From the NCBI GenBank assembly GCA_943372195.1, contig CALRXS010000005.1, positions 114,569 to 146,568 on the forward strand: DNA of 32,000 nucleotides, in the 5' to 3' direction. Within the stretch, counting starts at the first letter, position 1, and each line of letters opens with the position of its first letter. Below the pieces are notes generated by a model. It had not been told where the DNA came from and searched no databases. It worked only from the letters and a program-made list of their open reading frames with translations. Of this stretch, positions 19,380-26,748 are shown one piece after another. The stretch is from Sphingobacterium thalpophilum. GTDB lineage: Bacteria; Bacteroidota; Bacteroidia; Sphingobacteriales; Sphingobacteriaceae. A program made the position numbers and the translations under genes.

Positions 19380-21206
19380 ATGCGTAAAGATTACCGATTT
19401 AGTGTAATAAGTTTATACTTATGTGCATTGTTGACTTTTGTATTCATACAAAATTCATCAGCACAACCTTTTTCTTATCAGCCTAACTTCAACCAAAATC
19501 CGAAGACCTTAAACTCGGCAAATAGTTATGAAGTTATCGTAAAACAAGAATTAGCGAAATTCTTTAGTCCAGGCACCTTTGTCGTTGACATTAACATATT
19601 ACAAGGAAGCATTGAGGTCATCAAACCTAGCAATAGGCCTAACATCAAGAAAAAAATGGGTCGTTTGCCTGGTATGCCAGTTCTTCCCAAAAGTATCGAA
19701 GAAACAACACCTACAGATACTAATTCAAATTATATTTTCAGTATAGAAGAAGTTGATTATTTAGATGTATCTGTTTTAGTTGATACCACTTTCAATGATA
19801 CTGATTTAGATTTCATAAAGTCGCTAGTTCGTTCAGTAATTCCAATTGATGAAACAAAGGGTGATATTGTAAAAGTTAAAAGAGCAGTATTTCCAAAAGC
19901 ACAAGAAAGTAATCAAGCTATTACAGCTCCAGTACCTGTTCAAACTAAACCTGAACCCAATCAATATCCGAATTATAACACAGCACCCACTGAAAATAAA
20001 AGTACAGATACAGAAAAGCCAGAACAGAATATTTTATTGTACGCGCTATTATTTATCTTACTCATTTGTTTAGTCATTATTGTATTTGTTGTATTCTTAC
20101 TATACAGAAGAAGTAAACAAAATAATAACTCTAATAACAATGATGTACAAAAAGAAGAAAAGAAGTCAAATAAAGAAGATGAATTAAGTATAGTATACCC
20201 TCGCGAAGAATTAAAATCAAGTCCGCAAACCGAAGACATCATCAACTACGAATTTAATAGACAACATGTTATTACTAGTGTTATCTCAAACCCGAAAGAC
20301 GTAGCTGCTATGTTAGAAGCATGGATGTTAACAAACCCTGAGGAAGGAAAACTACGAGCTGCTAATGCATTAAATGCTGTAAATCCGAAATTACTTAATT
20401 TTATTAAACCACATTTATCTGATAAAGTTTATACTGAATTGTCACAAGCAATTAACAACGGACAGTTAAATTCTTATACAGATAAATATCAAGAGGCAAG
20501 AGATTTCAGTAAAGAGTTATTATCAATAAATACCGAACACGAAAAAAATGAAGATCTCTTTGAGTTTCTAAATCAAATTACAGATGCTCAAGTAATACAT
20601 ATGTTGAAAGATGAAGATGATAATCTGTCTTCTATTTTATTAGCACAACTAAGCTCTAAGCGCTCAAAGAATATTTTGGGAATGATGGATATCAATAGAA
20701 GGTCCTCGATAATCATGAAAATGAGTAAGATTGATTTGATATCTTCTTCTATTTATAGAGAAGTTGCTGGTTATTTCTCAAAGAAAGCAGTAGAGGTAAA
20801 GGGAATGCAAAATGTAGCATTCGACGGTCTTCAAACTATACTAGATATTTTAGATCAAATGCAAGACGAAGATCAAGATCAATTAATTGGTTCTATTGCA
20901 TCTCAAGATTTAGAGTTGGCAAATAACATCAAACAACAATTTGTTGGCTTTAAAAATCTAGTTTATTTAACAGATGTTCAATTAGAAGCAGCATTGAGAG
21001 ATATAGATACAGATACAATAGTTGCAGCATTAACCGGATCTACAGCTGCAATACAAAATAAAGTAATTGCACAAAGAGCAGTCCGTGAGCAAACATTAAT
21101 TAGATCTGAATTAGATGGTTCAAATACTATAAGTCCTGAATTACGCGACGCCTCTAAAAAGAAAATTATTGATTCAATAAGAAAAGTTTTAAAAACGATT
21201 GCCTAA
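19380..21206 (+). CDS. Membrane protein with FliF-like topology and a FliG-like (M and C domain) cytoplasmic region
   Basis: 608 aa. N-terminal signal/TM (aa 9-28), exported region aa 29-217 and a second TM at aa 218-242 (nt 20031-20105). The cytoplasmic part has a FliG_M-like stretch (aa ~395-470) and a FliG_C-like stretch (aa ~505-608: LTDVQLEAALRDIDTDTIVAALTGSTAAIQNKVIAQRAVREQTLIRSELDG...). This is a by-eye comparison to remembered FliG consensus. Confidence 0.6.
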   Translation: MRKDYRFSVISLYLCALLTFVFIQNSSAQPFSYQPNFNQNPKTLNSANSYEVIVKQELAKFFSPGTFVVDINILQGSIEVIKPSNRPNIKKKMGRLPGMPVLPKSIEETTPTDTNSNYIFSIEEVDYLDVSVLVDTTFNDTDLDFIKSLVRSVIPIDETKGDIVKVKRAVFPKAQESNQAITAPVPVQTKPEPNQYPNYNTAPTENKSTDTEKPEQNILLYALLFILLICLVIIVFVVFLLYRRSKQNNNSNNNDVQKEEKKSNKEDELSIVYPREELKSSPQTEDIINYEFNRQHVITSVISNPKDVAAMLEAWMLTNPEEGKLRAANALNAVNPKLLNFIKPHLSDKVYTELSQAINNGQLNSYTDKYQEARDFSKELLSINTEHEKNEDLFEFLNQITDAQVIHMLKDEDDNLSSILLAQLSSKRSKNILGMMDINRRSSIIMKMSKIDLISSSIYREVAGYFSKKAVEVKGMQNVAFDGLQTILDILDQMQDEDQDQLIGSIASQDLELANNIKQQFVGFKNLVYLTDVQLEAALRDIDTDTIVAALTGSTAAIQNKVIAQRAVREQTLIRSELDGSNTISPELRDASKKKIIDSIRKVLKTIA

Positions 21207-22270
21207 TGAGAGTTAAGTTATTCATATTATTTTTATTTATTTCATCGCATAGCTTCTCTCAATCAGTTAGAAGCAATCCGCAAGTTAGAAAACAAACGGA
21301 GCTTACAAGGTTGATGGAAGAAGTGGTTGATGTATTAAAAGTGCCTGATTTATTATATAGAAGAGTATCTATTGTATCTTTTGACTATCCTGATTTTATT
21401 TTAAGTGAGAGTGAAGCATCACAGATAAGAAGTAGAATAGAGGGAGCTTTTGCTAAATCTGGATTTGTTATAGTTTCAGCACCTGAGTTCAAGCAAAAAG
21501 CCTTAACAATAGTTTCAGGTACAGATTCAAATCTAAAAATATCTCGACAAAATTCTTTAGAGAGATTATTGAATAATGAAAAAGCATTTTCTGATGTTAT
21601 AGATAAGTATGCAATTCAAGGTGTAATATATGCTCAACTTACATACGATTATGTGACGGGTTATCAGCTGAATCTACAATTATTAAAATCTAATTCTAAA
21701 GAGCTTTTGTATTCTACAATTGTATATTCTGATCCGAAATTATACGTATCTAGAAGTATGCAAACACAAATTACAGCTGGTTATATAATCAATAATACCA
21801 AAAATTATTTAATCAATAATATGCCTTTTATAGGTGGAAGTTTTGCAGGTTTTGCAGAATTAGGGGTGCATTTACGACAACCTTTTACTCCTACTAGAAC
21901 TGGATATTACGGAATAACAGGCGGACTATCATTATTGAATTTAATACAAAGTGGTAATGATACTTCTTTTAGAAATTTTAATAAAATTATACCTACAGTA
22001 GGATTTCAATATTCATTATGTTTTTTCAAGAAAAATGATTTGCCTCGTGAATATTGGATGGAAGCTTTTCAGTCAGTTAACTTATTAATTGCAGATGAAT
22101 GGTTACCAGTAGTTAGACAAGGAATAACAGTAAATGCAACTAAAAACATGAGCGTTCAAATAGATTTAAGATATTATCTAATAAGCTCTAATTTGACTAA
22201 CGGCAACAATTTGTTGCAATTAAATAATTTTGGATATGGACTTAACATTATATACAGGCCGAAGATATAG
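21206..22270 (+). CDS. Exported protein: periplasmic alpha/beta N-domain plus C-terminal beta-barrel-like domain (putative outer-membrane component)
   Basis: Signal peptide MRVKLFILFLFISSHSFS|QS. The N-domain pattern (VSIVSFDYPD...SQIRSRIEGAFAKSGFVIVS...IQGVIYAQLTYDYVTGYQLNLQLL) is reminiscent of FlgO/LpoB/CsgG-type modules. The C-terminal ~170 aa show alternating hydrophobic strands (GYYGITGGLSLLNL, VGFQYSLCFF, MSVQIDLRYYLIS, GYGLNIIYRP). The ATG overlaps the upstream stop (TAATG). Confidence 0.55.
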   Translation: MRVKLFILFLFISSHSFSQSVRSNPQVRKQTELTRLMEEVVDVLKVPDLLYRRVSIVSFDYPDFILSESEASQIRSRIEGAFAKSGFVIVSAPEFKQKALTIVSGTDSNLKISRQNSLERLLNNEKAFSDVIDKYAIQGVIYAQLTYDYVTGYQLNLQLLKSNSKELLYSTIVYSDPKLYVSRSMQTQITAGYIINNTKNYLINNMPFIGGSFAGFAELGVHLRQPFTPTRTGYYGITGGLSLLNLIQSGNDTSFRNFNKIIPTVGFQYSLCFFKKNDLPREYWMEAFQSVNLLIADEWLPVVRQGITVNATKNMSVQIDLRYYLISSNLTNGNNLLQLNNFGYGLNIIYRPKI

Positions 22271-22799
22271 TATAATTGTTTTTGCTTTGATTTTTTTTAG
22301 TTCTTGCCAAACGCAGATGACTCCTCAAGAGTTAGTTGAGCAGCAGAGAATTTCAGAAATGCAAAGAAGAACAGTTAATGCTAAAGATCCTGTAAACATT
22401 AAATACAAAAATAATTCATCGAGCATTGAATATGCTGTTGGTAAAGGAAATGAAGAGTTTATACTTGATATGAACACTGATCCTAAATTTAAAAAAGATG
22501 TTATTGATGGGGTATTAAATATATCGAGAGAAGCACAAATAGCAGTTAATGAAGCAGTGAAAGATATTCGCAAAGCGCAAGAATTTTTATACATCGATGA
22601 TTATAATACCGCACTAGAATACGTTAATGAATCTATTAAAATTATACCAACTGCAGAAGGTTATGCTTTGAAGGGGAGTATTTTATATATGATGGGAGAT
22701 GAACCTGCTGCAAAAGAAAGTTGGTTATTAGCATTAAAAATTGATCCTGAAATTAAAATTCCGACAGCTAAAGAGTTGAAGGAAATATCTTCAAAATAA
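22230..22799 (+). CDS. TPR-repeat lipoprotein
   Basis: RRYSIIVFALIFFSSC is a lipobox. There are about two TPR units (YNTALEYVNESIKIIPTAEGYALKGSILYMMGDEPAAKESWLLALKIDPE). The ORF-track start at 22230 is TTG; an ATG lies at 22236. It overlaps the upstream gene by 35-41 nt. Confidence 0.7.
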   Translation: MDMDLTLYTGRRYSIIVFALIFFSSCQTQMTPQELVEQQRISEMQRRTVNAKDPVNIKYKNNSSSIEYAVGKGNEEFILDMNTDPKFKKDVIDGVLNISREAQIAVNEAVKDIRKAQEFLYIDDYNTALEYVNESIKIIPTAEGYALKGSILYMMGDEPAAKESWLLALKIDPEIKIPTAKELKEISSK

Positions 22800-22805
22800 T
22801 TAGAT

Positions 22806-23621
22806 ATGAAGTTCTCTATTGGTAGTTTTATTGGTTTTGCCATTTGTACAGGATTTATTATTCTTGGACTTATGGATACAAGTGGGTATATAAGATTAGA
22901 GCATTATTTGCCTAGCTTCTTAAAAAATCCATTTATACATTTTGCAGGTTTCTTCATTGTATTTGGAGGAGTATTAGGCGCGATGTTTATTATGTACCCA
23001 ACAGATGCAGTTCTAAAAGCACTAGGAAGTTTTAGACATATGTTTAATCATTCGAATACAAAAGCCTCTACTATGGCTGAAGATGTTGAAATGATTGTTT
23101 CTTGGTCAGAGAAAATCAAAAATGACAAAAAGTCTTTCATCCAAGAAATGACACAAAATAATAAAGACCCATACACAAGAGTATTATTCGATTTATATAG
23201 CACAAATTATTCTAGTCATGATATCAGAGCAATGGGTGAGGTCAATATTGAAAAAGAATTTAATCAATCTTTACAAATGTCTGATGTAATTCATGCCATG
23301 GCGAACTCTGCACCAGCATTTGGTATGGTGGGTACTGTATTAGGTATGGTAGTAATGTTAAGCAATCTTAGTGATCCTGCTAATATAGGTCCGGGTATAT
23401 CAACCGGCTTAATCGGAACTTTATACGGAGTAACTTCAGCCAATCTATTTTTCATTCCATTATCACGAAAAATAAAATTCAATGCACTTATTCAACAGCG
23501 AAGAGAAATTATCATTCTAGAAGGCTTGCTTCTAATTAAAGAAAACAAACCTGCATTAGTGATTAGAGATCAGTTGATGTCATTTGTTTCAAGAGAAAAT
23601 GAAACTAAGCCAATAAAATAA
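22806..23621 (+). CDS. MotA/PomA-type stator A subunit (MotA/TolQ/ExbB channel family)
   Basis: 271 aa in a 2 TM + ~100-aa cytoplasmic loop + 2 TM layout. The TM3-TM4 block SAPAFGMVGTVLGMVVMLSNLSDPANIGPGISTGLIGTLYGVTSANLFFIPL closely follows the MotA/PomA signature as I recall it. It includes both conserved prolines (P170 at 23313-23315, P218 at 23457-23459). Confidence 0.85.
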   Translation: MKFSIGSFIGFAICTGFIILGLMDTSGYIRLEHYLPSFLKNPFIHFAGFFIVFGGVLGAMFIMYPTDAVLKALGSFRHMFNHSNTKASTMAEDVEMIVSWSEKIKNDKKSFIQEMTQNNKDPYTRVLFDLYSTNYSSHDIRAMGEVNIEKEFNQSLQMSDVIHAMANSAPAFGMVGTVLGMVVMLSNLSDPANIGPGISTGLIGTLYGVTSANLFFIPLSRKIKFNALIQQRREIIILEGLLLIKENKPALVIRDQLMSFVSRENETKPIK

Positions 23622-24298
23622 TGAGTTTAGAATCAAATAAAAAGAAGGTACACAAAAATGCATTTGGTGAAGGTCAAGAAGAATTATGGCTCATCACTTA
23701 TGCTGATTTGATAACACTTCTATTGTGTTTTTTTATTCTTTTATTTTCTGCCTCTTCTATAGATCAAAATGTTTGGGAAACTATAAAAACCAGTTATAGC
23801 ACCAAAATGAAAAAGAAGGTAGCTAATACTCCTTTAGCTGACATAAAAAATCAACTCGATTCAATGTTAATGAAAGAAGTGAAAGATAATAAACTTGAAA
23901 TCTTAAAAGATGAGAATGGTATCAACATGAGATTTTTAAGTACTTCTTTTTATAATTCAGGAGAAGCTACATTATTACCAGAAGGGAAAGCAATTGTCGA
24001 CAAGATTTTTAATATCATCAAAAATGTAAAAGGTACAAAATTCAATATTGATGTCGAAGGACACACAGACGACAATCCGATTTCTAATATAAGCTACCCC
24101 TCAAATTGGGAACTATCAGTAGCACGTGCTTCTAATGTTGTTAGATATTTAGTAGAACGCGGTATAGAACCTCGTAGATTAAAAGCATCAGGTTATGCCG
24201 ACACTAAACCTGTCGTCGCTAATAGAGATTCATTAGGTAAGCCAATACCCGACAACCAATCAATCAATCGCCGAGTAGTCTTAAAAATCCACTACTAA
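23621..24298 (+). CDS. MotB-type stator B subunit with OmpA-like peptidoglycan-binding domain
   Basis: The single TM carries the conserved Asp in WLITYADLITLLLCFFILLF (D29, nt 23705-23707). C-terminal OmpA-like block: VEGHTDDNPI...SNWELSVARASNVVRYLVERGIEPRRLKASGYADTKP...NRRVVLKI. The ATG overlaps the motA-like stop (TAATG). Confidence 0.88.
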   Translation: MSLESNKKKVHKNAFGEGQEELWLITYADLITLLLCFFILLFSASSIDQNVWETIKTSYSTKMKKKVANTPLADIKNQLDSMLMKEVKDNKLEILKDENGINMRFLSTSFYNSGEATLLPEGKAIVDKIFNIIKNVKGTKFNIDVEGHTDDNPISNISYPSNWELSVARASNVVRYLVERGIEPRRLKASGYADTKPVVANRDSLGKPIPDNQSINRRVVLKIHY

Positions 24299-24303
24299 TT
24301 TCC

Positions 24304-24324
24304 AGTCACCAGTTACTAGTCACT
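24304..24324. repeat. Three tandem heptamers AGTCACC-AGTTACT-AGTCACT
   Basis: Read directly from the sequence. It fills most of the 34-nt gap between the convergent motB-like and pgk stops. It shares AGTTACTAG with the 15547-15591 palindrome. Confidence 0.6.
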
Positions 24325-24332
24325 ATTTAAAG

Positions 24333-25523
24333 TTACCCATTTATAGCTGCAACCCCTGGTAGAACTTTCCCCTCCATATACTCTAATAATGCACCTCCAC
24401 CAGTCGACACATACGATACCTCATCTGATAAATTAAATTTTGCTACAGCAGCAGCAGAGTCGCCACCACCTATTAATGAAAAGGCACCATTCTTTGTTGC
24501 TTCCACAACCGCTAAAGCAATTGACTTTGTTCCATTTTCGAAATTACTCATTTCAAAAACTCCCATTGGTCCGTTCCATAAAATCGTTTTCGAATTCGCA
24601 ACAATTTCTTTGAAAGTTCTAATACTATTTTCTGCAATATCTAATCCCATCCATCCATCAGGTATATTATCATTATTCGCTATACGGATGTTAGCGTCAT
24701 TGTTAAATGCATCAGCAATTACAGAGTCTACAGGCAATGCTAATTGTACTCCTTTTGCTTTGGCTTTTTCAATTAAATTCAATGCTAAATCTAATTTATC
24801 ATCTTCACATAAAGATGAACCAATGTTACCACCCATTGCTTTAGCAAAAGTATAAGCCATACCACCACCAATGATAATCGCATTCACTTTCTCTAATAAT
24901 TTTTCTATCAATAAAATTTTATCAGAAACTTTTGCGCCACCCATAATTGCAGTGAAAGGTCGCTCAGCACTATTCATCACTTTCTCAGCATTCTTCAATT
25001 CATTTGCCATCACATATCCGAATACTTTTGCATTCGCAAAAAACTGAGCAACTATAGTGGTAGAAGCATGCGCTCTATGTGCAGTTCCAAATGCATCATT
25101 CACATAAACATCACCATGCTTTGATAATTTTTCTGCAAATGCTAGATCCCCTTTTTCCTCTTCTTTATAAAATCTTAAATTTTCTAATAATAAAATTTCA
25201 CCAGCTTTTAAGTTTGCAGAAAGTTGAAAGGCTTCATCAGAGATACAGTCGTTAGCAAATAAAACTTTTGCCGATGTTAAATCAGCTAAGTGATTCACTA
25301 AATGCTTTAATGAATATTTTTCAGCCGGACCTTCTTTTGGTCTACCTAAGTGTGACATCAATACAATCGATCCACCGTCATTTAAAATCTTTTTAATAGT
25401 TGGTATAGCAGCTTGCATTCTAGTGTCGTCAGTAATCTCAAAAGCGCTATTCAAAGGCACATTAAAGTCTACACGAATTAAGGCACGCTTGCCTGAGAAA
25501 TTAATAGAATCGATGGTCATCAT
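24333..25523 (-). CDS. pgk: Phosphoglycerate kinase
   Basis: [24 protein letters not shown]..., SHLGRPKEG and GGGDSAAAV...[13 protein letters not shown]-type C-terminus. I place the start at 25523 (or 25520). The 23-aa extension to 25592 in the ORF track ([13 protein letters not shown]...) runs into an intergenic repeat and is not PGK-like. Confidence 0.93.
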   Translation of the reverse strand: MMTIDSINFSGKRALIRVDFNVPLNSAFEITDDTRMQAAIPTIKKILNDGGSIVLMSHLGRPKEGPAEKYSLKHLVNHLADLTSAKVLFANDCISDEAFQLSANLKAGEILLLENLRFYKEEEKGDLAFAEKLSKHGDVYVNDAFGTAHRAHASTTIVAQFFANAKVFGYVMANELKNAEKVMNSAERPFTAIMGGAKVSDKILLIEKLLEKVNAIIIGGGMAYTFAKAMGGNIGSSLCEDDKLDLALNLIEKAKAKGVQLALPVDSVIADAFNNDANIRIANNDNIPDGWMGLDIAENSIRTFKEIVANSKTILWNGPMGVFEMSNFENGTKSIALAVVEATKNGAFSLIGGGDSAAAVAKFNLSDEVSYVSTGGGALLEYMEGKVLPGVAAING

Positions 25524-25552
25524 GGTTTTATAATTTAGGGCAAATGTAAAGA

Positions 25553-25680
25553 TTCCACGCAGAGAACGCAAGAGGTGATGCAGAGACCGCAAAAAAATGT
25601 ATTAAGTACGATGTATTATGTATTTTGTACAAAGTATTAAGTACTAAGAAAACAGATTTTTCTGCGCTCTCTGCGTGGAA
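25553..25680. repeat. Long-range inverted repeat enclosing an AT-rich core with an 11-mer direct repeat (gap-pgk intergenic element)
   Basis: TTCCACGCAGAGA (25553-25565) is the exact reverse complement of TCTCTGCGTGGAA (25668-25680). GCAGAGA recurs at 25580-25586. GTATTAAGTAC occurs at both 25599-25609 and 25634-25644. Confidence 0.75.
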
Positions 25681-25691
25681 ATCCTTGCCTC

Positions 25692-26684
25692 TCAAACCCT
25701 CTCCACTAACTCCGCCAACCTACTCGAGTACCCCCACTCATTATCGTACCATCCGACTACCTTAACCAATCGACCTACTATAGAAGTCAGTTGTGCATCG
25801 AAAATACATGAGTGTGAGTTTTCTTGAATGTCGATAGAAACAATAGGGTCTTCGGTATATTGTAAAATACCTTTCAAAGAATTTTCAGAAGCATATTTGA
25901 ACGCAGCATTAATTTCTTGAACGCTCACATCCTTCTTTAATAAACAAGTAAAATCGGTAAGTGAACCATTGGGTACGGGCACGCGAATTCCAGCTCCACC
26001 TAGTTTGCCTTCTAAATGAGGGAAAATACTAGTGATAGCTTTCGCTGCACCGGTGCTAGTAGGTATCATAGAAACCGCAGCAGCACGAGCTCTTCTGAGG
26101 TCTCGATGTGGTGCATCGTGTAGATTTTGATCACCTGTGTATGAATGAACAGTTGTAATATATCCGTCTTCTATGCCACCTAGTTCATCTAAGACTTTCA
26201 CCATAGGTGCAACATTGTTGGTCGTGCAAGAAGCGTTCGAAATAATGTTCGATGATTTTTCTAAAACATAATCGTTAACACCCAAAACAATTGTTGGGGT
26301 ATCTTTATCAGAAGCAGGTGCAGAGATGATAACTTTTTTGGCACCTGCTAAAATATGTGCATTTGCTTTTTCAGTACTAGTGAATTTACCAGTTGATTCA
26401 ATCACCACATCGATGCCTAATTTTTCCCAAGGTAAGTTCGTCGGGTCTTTTTCTTGAAAACACAAAATTTCTTTACCATTCACAATTAAGCTATTCGGGG
26501 TATGTTCAATACTTCCATCAAAAGCTCTGTGAATAGAATCGTACTTTAACAAATGCGCAAGGGTAGCAGTATCGGTCAAGTCGTTGATGGCAACAATGTT
26601 TAAGCCACGTTTCAACATAATTCTCAAGCTCACTCTACCAATTCTCCCAAATCCGTTTATCGCAATGCTAGGTGTTGTTTTCAT
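25692..26684 (-). CDS. gap: Type I glyceraldehyde-3-phosphate dehydrogenase
   Basis: INGFGRIGR Rossmann motif, the active-site SNASCTTN, and the C-terminal WYDNEWGYS. Confidence 0.95.
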   Translation of the reverse strand: MKTTPSIAINGFGRIGRVSLRIMLKRGLNIVAINDLTDTATLAHLLKYDSIHRAFDGSIEHTPNSLIVNGKEILCFQEKDPTNLPWEKLGIDVVIESTGKFTSTEKANAHILAGAKKVIISAPASDKDTPTIVLGVNDYVLEKSSNIISNASCTTNNVAPMVKVLDELGGIEDGYITTVHSYTGDQNLHDAPHRDLRRARAAAVSMIPTSTGAAKAITSIFPHLEGKLGGAGIRVPVPNGSLTDFTCLLKKDVSVQEINAAFKYASENSLKGILQYTEDPIVSIDIQENSHSCIFDAQLTSIVGRLVKVVGWYDNEWGYSSRLAELVERV

Positions 26685-26748
26685 AGAGCAAATATAGTTT
26701 TTATAAACGCTTATATTTCATTAAATTGTATTTCTTAACGATATAATA

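Noticed and set aside
22806-24298. MotAB-like pair as a Zorya (ZorAB) anti-phage system
   Set aside because: The A subunit is only 271 aa and has no long ZorA C-terminal tail. No ZorC/ZorD-like (or ZorE/F/G) genes are adjacent. The neighbours are envelope proteins instead.
22806-24298. MotAB-like pair as ExbBD-TonB or TolQR-TolA
   Set aside because: The B subunit has an OmpA-like peptidoglycan-binding domain and a YAD-type TM motif typical of MotB. No TonB, TolA, TolB or Pal gene is nearby. The A-subunit TM3-TM4 block looks MotA/PomA-like.
19380-24298. Cluster as a fragment of a conventional flagellar locus
   Set aside because: This cannot be fully excluded without the genome. However, FliF-like and FliG-like parts are fused, the exported domain is far shorter than that of FliF, and the FliM-binding motif is missing. 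No other flagellar gene flanks the cluster, and the taxon signals point to a T9SS/gliding-type lineage.
25524-25592. N-terminal 23-aa extension of pgk ([23 protein letters not shown])
   Set aside because: The conserved PGK N-terminus begins at MMTIDS (25523). The extension is simply the left arm of the intergenic inverted repeat read in frame.
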